Source: Lama guanicoe (lineage: Eukaryota). Taken from it: 62,000 nucleotides of DNA. Below, piece after piece: positions 24,780 through 36,659 of the stretch. The stretch is from positions 1,445,058 through 1,507,057 of the forward strand of contig MU053487.1 of assembly GCA_013239625.1 (NCBI GenBank), read 5' to 3'. Position 1 is the first letter of the stretch. The number at the start of each line of letters is the position of its first letter. The notes below the pieces were generated by a model. That model worked only from the letters and a program-made list of their open reading frames with translations, was not told where the DNA came from and ran no database searches. Position numbers and translations under genes: made by a program.

Positions 24780-26700
24780 GTGATGAGAGAGATGGACCAG
24801 GATAAATAAATAGGACAAGAAATGCTACACAAACAAGAGAATAAAGAGAATAAGAAAGAAAATCTTAATTTGATAGATTCTAGGCTTGTTGCATAAGTAA
24901 AAAGTAAGAACAGAGTAGAAAGGAAAGTAGCAAATAGAAAGCAAGAAAAACATCTTAAAAATTAACATTGTAATTGCCAAAATCATTTAAAATATTTAAG
25001 ACACGGGTTGAATAAATGCATTTTTGGAGCTAGCAATTAAATTATTTATCTGGAAGGTAAATTCAGTCATATTCTCAGAATCCAGATGACAAAAAGGCAA
25101 GGAGAGCTTGTCAGAGTAATTCAGATGAGCTGCCGTGTGAAAGAACTGGGCCTAAAACTCAGCTCCTGTAAGTCAGCTCTTCTGGACCACTCTTCTCTAA
25201 TTCAGGCCTCAGGAAGCCAAACTTCTTCCATCGTTGGCTCACTGTCTTATGGCTTCCATGTTGCATTGGCCTTTGCCAGTGACATCAACTTGTACCAGAA
25301 GTGACACACTCAACTTCATTAACTTCCCATCAACCACAACTAGTCATGTAAACCCTAACTACATCAAAGAGCTGTTGGGACATGACCTTTCACTGTTTAC
25401 TGTGTTGTGTTGGAAAATGAAACGGTTTAGTGACCATGTGACCTTGTATCTGCCACAGGAGGTAGATAACTTGAAAGGAGAATTTAGAGGTTTGGGGAAG
25501 TATCTGAATAATCCATCAACCATCTAATAAGAATTCTACCTGGAGAAGGGCAGAAACAAATGAAAAGAAGAAACCATAAAATGAATTAGAAGGAAAGTGT
25601 TCTGGAGTGAAGAAGCAATCATTTAATTGAGGTGACATGTTGAACGGAGAGCAGGATTAATGAGCAGGATTAATTGTCCACATGTACATGCATTGAAATT
25701 CCATAACCTCAGAGACAAAGCAGAACTTCTGAAAGCTCCCAAAGGGCAGCAGAAAGGTATTCACAAAGAAAAGCCTATGTAGACAAACATCCATTTTGTC
25801 AAAAACAGTGAGTATAGAAAGGAATGTAAAAAATATCCTAAAATTCTAGAGGGGGGAAATCACATATAAACCTAGCATTCTATCCCCAATCAAATGTGAG
25901 GACAAAATAAAGATGTTTTACCTATCAAAGACATTAGGAATTTCATGATCAAAGTACACTTTATCAACACATTGACCAGGATGTCACTTTAGCAAAAGTA
26001 AAAGAAATGTAACATAGGGAATGACATGGACCAAAATAAACAATGACAATTGAGCATGAAACAGAATAGGAAAGCTAGAAAACACTAAAATGTAATCTTA
26101 CACATTAAACTACAAGTGTAATCACGTTGATTAACTTCAAGAGCGTCTAGGATATCAAGCTTCATTTTCTTCTACATGATTTCACCTACACGATTTCATT
26201 GTTTTATGAATGAGATATACATGTCCTTAATCATTATATTATGAATTCTATTACTGTTTTTTTGAAAATCAAAATACAGGCAAAGCACAGATAATTCATT
26301 GTATTTAACAGACAAGAATGTATGTGTATAAACCTTAACACAAAGTACCATACTTAAAGTAATTAGAGAGGGAGAGGTGGAGGAGATAATGTCTTTCTTT
26401 TCTATAATAGCAGGAAATTAGTAGGTACTTTCCAAGTTTGATAAATCAAGAAATAGGCATTCAAGTTTAGTGTTTAATCCTAGAAATGTCAACCTTTGCA
26501 AGAAACACAAACATTAATCATATATTCAGTATATTGCTGGTGGAGATTGGATGGGAGAAAGTGGAAAAATGGGAAGCAATGTATGAATAGATTTTCTAAA
26601 CAGGGAGCTAATAAAGCTTGTCTAGAAAACAAGAACGAGAAATGGAGGTGTACATATATGATGTTAAAATGGTAACCAAAGGGAGACTAGAACCAGAATT
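24780..26700 (+). mobile_element. HAL1/ancient L1 ORF1-like remnant, interrupted about 25100-25445
   Basis: Degenerate ORF1 motifs (catctaataagaattc; gaaattccataacctcagagacaaag; aacctagcattctatcccca; aaataaagatgtttt). Confidence 0.6.
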
Positions 26701-26899
26701 TTGACTATTTTTTTTAGGAAATGGGATTAAAGGAAAGGTTTTTTTTTAATTATACAAAAAAATTTAGGATTTATATAAAGTCTATTTTAAGATTCTCTTA
26801 AGCCAGATAAAGAATATTTGAATAAGTGGTATAAAAGGTCTAATTTGGTGCTAGAAAATATTCACATTTTAAAAAGTAGTACTCAACACTTAATTAATC

Positions 26900-27835
26900 A
26901 ATTAATGTTATTTTAACTACTAAAACTGATTGTAAATTATATAGAAAATCATACATAGTAAGAATGCCCTGAAGCAAGGTATGTCCTACCAGGTAATGAA
27001 ATCTGTTATAAAGTTGCAGTTAAAAGAATGTGTTAATATTTCAGGAAGACACTCTTTAAAACACAAAATAAAACACAGAAATAGACTCAAGTAAATATGA
27101 AGATATAACATAAAATGGGATTTGTAATTCAAATCGAATGGAAGGAAATGGGTTAATTAACAAACTGAGGTACAAAAACCGGAGAGCAATTAAAGCCAAT
27201 TTACCTTATTTCTTGTTCCAAGATAAAATTTTAATAAACAATGATTTATGAGAGCATGAAAATACTAAAAGAAAATGTGTCAGAACTCAGAAGGCATAGC
27301 AAAGTGAGAAAGTGAAAGATGACCACCTTGTTTTTTAAATATAAAGCATTAACCACAAAGTCGAAAGACAGATGATGAAATGGGAAAGTGGTTTTCAACA
27401 CATACCTTACAGAGGGTTAATTATAGCTTTATATTTATAATCACACATATTCCTTGACGTTAATAAGGAACAACAACTCATCTCAAGAAAAAATGGGGAA
27501 AAGATATGAAAAGGCATTTCACAGAAAGTAAGGTAAATACAGGAATTCATATAAATATATAAAAATAATTTCAATGCAGTCATAATTAAACAAATGTATT
27601 TTACATTAACAATGAAATATCACTTTTTACTAAAGAGGTTGGCAAAATATAAAATGTTGATTATGTAAGTGCTGCCAGGTGTGGACAGACTAATTCTTTC
27701 ATCCAGTTTCAGTGAGAGTATAAATTTTACTTGGAAATTTAGCATTGTTTATCAGAATTTTAAATGTGCACTCCCTTTGACCCAAATTTTGCTTCTAGGA
27801 TCTCTCTTAGAGTAACATGTTTTGTGTGAAAGGCT
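26900..27835 (+). mobile_element. L1ME-like ORF2 end and 3' region
   Basis: aaaatggggaaaagatatgaaaaggcatttcacagaa; ttggcaaaatataaaa; ccctttgacccaaa...cttctagga. Confidence 0.7.
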
Positions 27836-28581
27836 AGATGTTTTTAGGAGAAGGGTACTCTGTTCATTTTAAACCAATCTAATGTAATTTTATCTTTTAG
27901 TACAATCATATTTATTTAGGTCTTATTCCTTAACCAAACCAATGCACGTATTTCCTGAAGAGTGTTAAGTCAGGGCTGGGGTGGGATGAGGAGGTAATTT
28001 GGCATTTTCTTACTGCCAGTGACTTCAGAAAATTCACTCTTAGCAGTAAAAAACATTCTCTGTTAAACAGCTAGAAGACGAGGATCGTCCTGGACATTAT
28101 ATATATATGGTTTCCAGTTCTTCTATTCACTCATCAGAGTAGATAATCTTATTTGCATTATGAAGGAAAGTTTGGACACCAAAGGGGAAGAGAGAGGACC
28201 AGATAACATGGTGGCATATTTGGTATAAGAAAGGAGTGGAGAGAATTTGCATTCCTGCCATGGCTAATGTCTATTTCTTAGCCTGGGGAGAAGAACTCAC
28301 TATCACCTTATGTTAATCTTCAGGTCAATGCAGTTAGTTTCACCCTGAGAAAAACTGCTGTCTTTAAATTTGTATAACTTAACACCAGAAGCCAGAAGTC
28401 AGCAGAAGTTAAATTTAAATTTGTAGAAGTATTCTCTTAATCGTCTTGCAGTGTAAGAAAGATAAGCTTAGAGACTCTACTTTGAAGCCAGACAGAAGAA
28501 AATTCTCCTGACCAAGTTTGCTCAGTGCAGTGGAATATTTACATGAAGGAGATTGGTTAATTCCTATTTATGAAAGTCTGG

Positions 28582-29030
28582 GTACCAATTAGGATTCTTA
28601 CAGCCACAAATATCTGAAAATCCAACAGACATGGCTTAAAGAAATAGAAATTTTATAGCCTCATGTAACAAAAAATGGAGAAGCAGACTAAGTCCAGGAG
28701 CAGTTAATAAGTTGATTCAATGATGTCAAGGCTTCTGATCAATTTCTCAGCAACCTTCTCCTCAGGGAGTAAGGTGGCTGCCAGCCAGTAGGCATCATAT
28801 TCTAGAAAAGGAAAAGGAATCATACATTTGTGTTTCTCCTTAAGAGTGAAAATAACTTCCCAGTAGCCCTCATAACATGTTTTTGTGTGTGTGTCTCATT
28901 GACCAGGGGTGTATTTCATGTTTATATCAAAATACTATACCTAAATATTGTATCAAAATAAGTCACTGGCCAAGTTTCAGGAATCTTCACAGGCAGTTCA
29001 GTTTAATCAACATTCAATGTATGCGTTTGA
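28582..29030 (-). mobile_element. MaLR LTR, MLT1J/K-like
   Basis: atggcttaaagaaatagaa...aaggtggctgcc...gtctcattgaccag. Confidence 0.7.
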
Positions 29031-30634
29031 AGAGAAGCCCAGAAAACACGTGAGGCTAAGCCTGAACAACCAGAGTCTGCAAAATTAGTATCGAATCACA
29101 TTTCTTTTTTAATGCAGAAGAGCGAGGGATGACTCCTCAAAACTTCTTAAAATTAAGTTTTATGTTTCCAATTCATTTCTAATACAAGTTCTGGTCCTAA
29201 GTTTTCAAAATCGACACATTCCTTTCACATTATGTTGGTAATTAACTCTTACAATGATATATCTTATAAATATTTTTAAATTATGTAATTGGTTTTCTAA
29301 TTCTGATTTCTATACCGATGGGACTAAGATTGTTGGCACAGTCCCCAAATTAACCATGGTTAAATACAAAAGTCACTTTCATCGCTGAGATGACACCACA
29401 TCTTGTAAATTTCTCATTTCAGTAAATAATTAAATAATATTAATCAGCCTTTTTGTTCACTCCTTTTTCAAATGAAGTTTTAAATTCAGGTGCTTCTACA
29501 GTCTCAGTTAATTTCAAAACCTCGGGCCTGAAGAAGCCTAGTAATTTGGAGGGGGAAAAAAATCCCTCTATGGATTTATTTTATTTCTACTGATTGAAAT
29601 ATATTGGTTTTTAGAGGAAATGTCTTTTGCTTCCAAATTATGTACATTGTGCAGCCTCTGTGTGTATTTTCCAAGTGATTTAAATGAATCTGAATCAGCT
29701 CATTAGGTTCCAGACTGGTACTGAACATAATGACTCATTCCTAAATTAATATTGTCTACCCTGAACTACTCCTGTCTAAATCACTTTAATCACTGGAAAG
29801 ATTCATATTTTTCAAAAGGACAGCCACATTCAAATGAATCCTGCAACAGTTCATTAGGTAATGATGTCATTTATGGTCCCTGGGTCAGCAACTGTGCTCT
29901 TGCTTGGCTTTAAAAATGGACTGACTGTGAGCAGATAAACAGGTACTTTGTATGCGTTTGACGTTCGTACATGCACAGAAGGGAGGCATTGTGCTGGCAT
30001 GAAATATTTCAGTTTGGGACATTGCTACGTCTCAGATTCAGCCTCATTTCTTTCCTTTTCTTATCTTAGCAGCTTTACAGGACACATGTTCCTGTCTTTC
30101 AGAAGCAGTTCATGTGTCAGATGCTTTGTCACATGTCACTGACACCAGCACTTTAAAACGGAGGTTTTAACTGGACTCTAGCTTGAGCACAGTACAAAGC
30201 ACGCTGTTACAAAGAAAGTCGTATTTGATATTCAAATGAAAGCTACTTCAGGAAGATCCTGGAAGCAATAGACCTGATTGCAGTCCTATGGAATAGCAGA
30301 CAAACAATCTCAGACTTCCTTCTCCTACTGTCCCTTGAAATTAAGAACAACAATAAAGGACCAAATGGGAGTTGTTAGCATCTTAGCACATTGATGAGTA
30401 ATCTTTGAAATCACCGTGTTGAGTGGTTCTTGAGTGTGTATCCAGGAATAAATGGCAGGCTAATTCCACATGAATCCAGGGGAAAAGTCCCTTGTCTGCT
30501 CCTGGGAGGTTCTCCTTCAAGTGAGATGACGAAACTACTGACTTCTCTAAGTTCCCAGTGCCCGAAAAAAGACAAGAACTTGAACTGTGGTCTTAATAGT
30601 GGGTTCACTAATGTACTAATCTATTAAATCATTC

Positions 30635-30820
30635 AAAAGCATTTAGTATGTAAACTGTCTATCTGAATCTAATGTAATCTTTACAACAATTCTGTGAAGT
30701 AGTTTTGATCCTCTTTTACAGATAAGAGCATTTAGAGATGTCAGGTAACCTTCTAACACCTTAGAATGCGTAAGGAATAGAAATGGGATTCAAACCCAGG
30801 TCTGTCTGATATTAAACAAT
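30635..30820 (-). mobile_element. MIR SINE
   Basis: aatctttacaacaattctgtgaagtag...ttttacagataag...gggattcaaacccaggtctgtctga. Confidence 0.85.
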
Positions 30821-30929
30821 TCCCGTTTCTCTATTTTCCGTTAGTTCCCTTGTTGCCAAGATGGGGAAAGGTAGAGTGGAAGATGCAAAAGGTCCAGAAA
30901 CCATTACTTGTACACAAGGGGCCTCACCC

Positions 30930-31485
30930 AATATTCCAATGGTCCATTGCTATGTAACAAATTATTCTAAAACATGGTGGCATAAAACATCCATATTCTT
31001 ATGCTAACATATTATGTGAACCAACAATTTGGACAGAACACAGGACAGGCGATACCTGCTCCATGACTTCTGGGATCTCAAAGCTGGAAGACTCAAAGCG
31101 TGAGGTGGCTTAGTAGCTAGGGATAAGAATCGCTTTGGGTTCTCTTCATTACGTGTTTGATGATTGATGCCAGCAATCGGCTGGGAGCTCAGCTGGAATT
31201 CTCAGCTGTGATACCTACATGTTGCCTTTCCATGTGGCCAGGGTTTGCTTGAAGCATGGTGGCTGTGTTCATGAGGGAGCTTTTCAGGAGAACGAGGAAG
31301 AAGCTGAATCACCTTTTTATGACCCAGCCTAGGAAGCCAATCCATTTCACTTCTGCTTGGGTCACAAGCCTACCTAAATTCAAGAGGAAGGAATGTATAG
31401 ACACATCTCCCAGTGAATGGAGGGTCAAAGTGGCATTGAGAAGCATGAGGGCTAGGAGTTAATGTTATGGTCATCTTCTGCCACA
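30930..31485 (-). mobile_element. MaLR solo LTR, MLT1G/H-like
   Basis: attgctatgtaacaaatta...cctacatgttgcctttccatgtggc...ttttatgacccagcctaggaag...tctgccaca terminus. Confidence 0.85.
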
Positions 31486-31611
31486 CCCTCTACCTGAATA
31501 AAATCATGTAGAGAAGCCATTAGACCAGAGAGAATGTGAGTGACCAAATGCTACAGATATTTCCATAGGCTTACTGATAAAAGGCCCCTGGTAAAACTCT
31601 AGAACAGAATT

Positions 31612-32121
31612 TCATTTCATTTTATTTTTTATTGAAGTATAGTCAGTTTACAATGTTGTGTTAATTTCTGGTGTACAGCATAGTGATTCAGTTATATATA
31701 TATTACTTTTCATATTATTTGTATTATAAACTGTTACAAGCTATTGAATATAGTTCCCTGTGCAATACAGTATAAATTTGTTATTTATCTATTTTATATA
31801 GAGTAGTTAGTATCTGCAAACCTTAACTCCCAATTTATCCCACCATCCTCCCTTCCTGCCCCAGTAATCATAAGTTTGTTTTCTATGTCCGTGAGTCTGT
31901 TTCTGTTTTGTAAATAAGTTCCTTTGTGTCAGTTTTTTTTTAGATTTCACATATAAGTGATATCATATGGTATTTATCTTTCTCTTTCTGGCTTACTTTA
32001 CTTAGAATGACATTCTCCAGGTCCATCCATGTTGCTGCAAATGGCATTATTTTATTCTTTTTAATGGCTGAGTAGTATATATACAACTTCTTTATCCAGT
32101 CATCTGTCAATGGACATTTAG
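31612..32121 (-). mobile_element. Younger L1 3'-end fragment (camelid type)
   Basis: attgaagtatagtcagtttacaatgttgtg...; ORF track peptide KIMPFAATWMDLENVILSKVSQ is the L1 ORF2 C-terminus. Confidence 0.95.
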
Positions 32122-32461
32122 TGGAATGGAATTTTAAGCAGCACATTTAAATTGCTATGCAGGTGAGCAGGTAGCTATTTTTCATGTGATCCTTTTCTTT
32201 CAATCAGGGAGTTTTTCTTGATTCTGTACACTCTTGTGCACAGAGCAAAATATCTCAAGTAATTCTAGGTTTCCTTAGGCAGAAGAGTTGCCCATGTTTC
32301 TTTATATCGAATAGAAAAAATAATTTGAGGAAAGACAGTCTTATGTGTTGCAAAGGAAAAGCCCACATGAATGTGTGGAATGCCAGTGCTATCTGAGAGA
32401 ACACAGTATTAAAAACCATAAGAAATGGATTCAGCTACAAACTTGTTTTGTAATAACTTTT

Positions 32462-32600
32462 TTTAAACATTTTTATTGAGTTATAGTCATTTTACAATGT
32501 TGTGTCAAATTCCAGTGTAGAGCACAATTTTTCAGTTACACATGAACACACATATATTCATTGTCACATTTTTTTCGCTGTGAGCTGCCATAAGACCTTG
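32462..32600 (-). mobile_element. Very short, very young L1 3' end (different subfamily) with perfect TSD
   Basis: acatttttattgagttatagtcattttacaatgttgtgtcaaattcc...; TSD ttgttttgtaataactttt at 32443-32461 and 32601-32619. Confidence 0.95.
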
Positions 32601-33619
32601 TTGTTTTGTAATAACTTTTGATTAGTTTTTTTACATAGCTCACAATTAGATTAAGATGTGAACCCCAGAGATATTTCTATAGTGTGATTCTAAGTGCAGC
32701 TAATGCATTTTCTCCTCTTTTAGGGATGATTAAAATAGAAATTAAAATCTCTTTTCAACCTGCCACAGCTCCAAAGTTATCCAGGCTATTTTTTGTTCAC
32801 TCTGCCAACTGGAACAAGAGTGACAAAATATAAAACATCTATAGGGACCTAAGACGTGTTGGTGGTAAGAAAAGTATCTGGTGAGAAGCAGGAACATTCT
32901 TTAGACAATGAGTGTGCCCATCCAAAGGGATGAATATGTGGGATGTGTATGTGTGAGAAAGAGAGAAAATAATCACCGAGATGCAGTGGGAGTTCTGCCA
33001 AAGTGGAGTGGACGTTCTCATTCTAAAGAGGATGCTAATCATTCAGCTGCCTTGTGGGAAAATGACCCCAGTGTTTCCTGATATACTGAAAGTTTTAAAG
33101 AAGCTGGAAATACAGATTTTAACTAAAAATTATACCAATTTTTAAAATATTGATGGCAAATTCATTTTCTATAGCATACTCTAGGAGGGGAGGGCGTTCC
33201 TTCTTATTCTCATCTCAGTAAAATTCTTTGAACAAGGGTCTATTTCTTTACTTTCTCCTCTTTTAGAAATGATCACCTCACTGTGTTTGGAAGCCTTCAT
33301 GTATAAATCAATGTCTTAATCGTGAAATGTCTTAAGGGTGGGACCGACTGTATGTTATTCAGTCGTGTATCACTGCCAACCAACATAAATCTGGCGCCAA
33401 TATGTTCCTAGTAAAGAATGAAAAAAAATATTAGTATGTGTTTCAAAATTAGATGACTTATCCAACTTAATCTAATTCCTAAATGTCAAGGAATCGTCTT
33501 CAAGCCTGAAATAACCAAGAATAGTGAATTGTATGAGTCAATCTTTGTTTCTTGGTTATCCCTGATGGAACATAACATATAGTCAGTTGGTCCAGCTGGG
33601 TTGAAGTAAATTTGCCTTT

Positions 33620-34610
33620 CTAATTTTTAATTTCTGAAAAATAATGTATAAATGCATCCTCATTGAAAAAGATTCAAAGAAAAAGACTTAGACATGCTGA
33701 TACATCAGAGTCTCCCTTCTACTTCCCCAGCCCCAACCCCTTTTTCAGGGACAATCGTTGCTTGCATTTAGGTGTGTCCCTTTCTACTTTTTTCTCTGTG
33801 CGTCTGCAGGCTCATGTCTGCATCGCATTGATAAAATATCCACATGAATCACTCTAATATTGTTCTGAGATCATCGTTTCACAAGTTTTAAAAGTTTCCA
33901 CTTCTAAGTGGAAAACTGTTGAATTGATAAGTGTTGAACTGCTTTCCTTTCAGTACGTATTCTTTTCTGAGATTGTATAGTCTCTCATATTGCCATGTAT
34001 TTAAAAAATCATTTCCATATTGATAAAGTATTTAAGCTTTTCTGAGTATTACACTTACAAATAGACCCGCAGTAACAAATCTTACACATGTATCTAGGCA
34101 TGTGAATGTGTTTATATGATACCTTTCTAGATGCGTTGTTGGTTTAAAGGAATAAATCCTTTAAAATATTCAATTCACTAAATATTAAATTTCAGTTGCC
34201 AGAGCTAACGAACATCCCTTTTAAAAGCTTAACAAATTTAATATCCCACTGTAAGTAGATGAGAATCTCTGCTTGCTCACCTTCTAGTCAATACAGACAT
34301 CATCACGGCTTATGAATTTTTTTAATTTAATGAGTGAGAACCCACAATTTGTTATCAATTTATCTTTCTCTGAATGCTAGTGATTTTAGGGATAGGTTAA
34401 TACACTGCTGAGCACTTTTTTTTTTCTCTCTTTGTAAATTACCTGTTCCTATTGTTGAATTATTGACGGGCTCTTTTATTGATTTTTGTTACTTTTTATA
34501 TATTGTACATATTAAGCCATTATTTCTTAAATATATTTAAAGTGTTTCATCCTACCTATACACTTGGCTTTAAATTAAAATTTTAATTTATGTAGGTTAA
34601 AATGAGAGAA
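33620..34610 (-). mobile_element. L1ME-like 3' region
   Basis: T-rich degenerate antisense L1 (aatatcccactgtaagtagatgagaat; tttgtaaattacctgttc). Confidence 0.6.
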
Positions 34611-34629
34611 TTAATGTCCGTCTATCTCT

Positions 34630-34805
34630 AACACTTACACAAGCTACTTAATCTCTCTCCGTCTTAATTTCCTCAATTAAAAATGGTAATAACCGTACTA
34701 TTTGGGCCTTCTGAATGCTGAGCAGATACAATGTGTTAATACACATAAATCAGGTAGTACTGTGCCTGGCGCACATAAGCAGTCAGTAAATATGAAATGT
34801 TATAA
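34630..34805 (+). mobile_element. MIR SINE
   Basis: tacttaatctctctccgtcttaatttcctc...actgtgcctggcgcacataagcagtcagtaaat. Confidence 0.75.
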
Positions 34806-36659
34806 TTTCAGTGAAGAACCCTGCTTAGTATTCATCAGTAACCCTTCAGTTCTCATATCTTGTTTATCACATTTGTGTTGGTGTTCATAAATGATCCTGA
34901 CTTATAGTTGTGTTCTATACTGAGTTTTATGAATCCTGTCAATCTCATAGCGTCAACTGAGCAAGGCAACATATTTCATCAATATTTTTGTTCCAGAAAG
35001 GAGGAGGCAGGGATTGATGTTTGAAGGTGACTCAGTTGGTCCCAGAGGTTCTCGATTCCACCATCTATTTAGGAAACATTCCACAGCTGGATAAACACAT
35101 CCATAGCCCCAGCCCGACTTTTCCAGTCAATGCTAGTGACAAACGTTTGTAAGCCTGAGAGATGATGCAAGAAAGTTGAAGCTATCATAACTGCCTTTCA
35201 TTCTTCAACATAAAAATATTTCTCCTGAGTGAGTAGAACATAACTTGTCCAATATAAAGGCTTTGGATGAGGTCAGAATTCATTGCCAAAGTCCCACCAC
35301 TTTGACTCTTATCATTTGTCATTCACTCCCAGCCATACAAACTGCTTGGGATGGAAAATATAGATGTGCAGCATTATGTGGTCACAATAAAAAAAACTCA
35401 AGAGATCTAGCCATTAAAGTAAGTTCCACAATATATCTTTATTTTGATGAAAACACTTACTCTGAAAATGAGGTTGATCTATTTCTATGTCAATAGAATA
35501 GAAGGGGAACTCAGAGAAGACACTGCACAATATTAAAGCCAGGCAAAAGAAAAATCATTGAATAGAGCCCCTTTTGAAAAAGGGGGAAATATGGAAGTAA
35601 ATGCTGACCAACTAATAGTTCTTGATTAATGGCATTTGTAATATTGGTGAAAGAAAGAAGCAGAATAAGGGGAGATGGAGTAAAAGACAGTGGAGGAGAC
35701 AATATTTGGAAAATATTGATAAAGGGAAGAAAAATGGAAATGAAAAGATGAAGAAGAATCAGAAAATAACTCATAAACTCAGGGCATTTATCTTTATTTT
35801 TTTCTCCAGTCATTCATACAAATACATAGCATGTTTTCATTTTATTTTATTCTTCTCTTTTATTTAATTACACCACTCCTTGAGGTCTGCATTCTTTCTG
35901 ATTAATAACCATTATTCAAAACATATTTTAGAGGGAAAGATCTTAACTGAATATAGTGGGAAAATAATGCTTGCAAATTTATCTTCCAAGTTTATGCCTG
36001 ACTTTTTATGTCTCAAAGCAAAAACTCCATATAGAATCAGCATACCATAATATTCTGCTGTTTAAAAAGAAAAATGTCGTTCTTTCCTGCTTGTTGCCAG
36101 AAGCTTTAGAGTCCCAGACTGTTTTGTGCTCGGTTATACAATCACACTTCTTATCATTTCTCTTTATACACAAGTCTCAGAGTTTCCATTGTTTTTGTCT
36201 GAATGTGGGCGGTAGCATTTACCACCACAGTTGTCCTTTTTCCATTCTTTAAGAGAAAATAAAAAATGAAACTTGGGTTAAAACTTCAGGCAAGTTAAAT
36301 TAGTATGTTGAGAAGCTGGCTTCTCCTGAAGAATGTTTAGTTATGATATCTGTCAGACAACTTTGTAGTTTATGTATCAAAAAGAACGGTGTAATTCCAT
36401 ATACTGGAATAGGTACTCAAAACATTGTGATGGGATTATCTTCCAATGAAATAATAATTGTCACTCTCAGTGAAATTTAATTAATTTTCATTTTAAATTC
36501 TTATTCATTTTTTGAGAGGAAATAACATATACTCTTTTTTAAACTCTCAGGTTTTTTTTAAACTTTCGAAAGTTTGAGTTATGTAGAACTAAAAAAAAAA
36601 TTTTTTTGTCAGTGTTGAAGCATGTCACTTCCAGGTATGTTACAGTAGATTTGGAAGTT

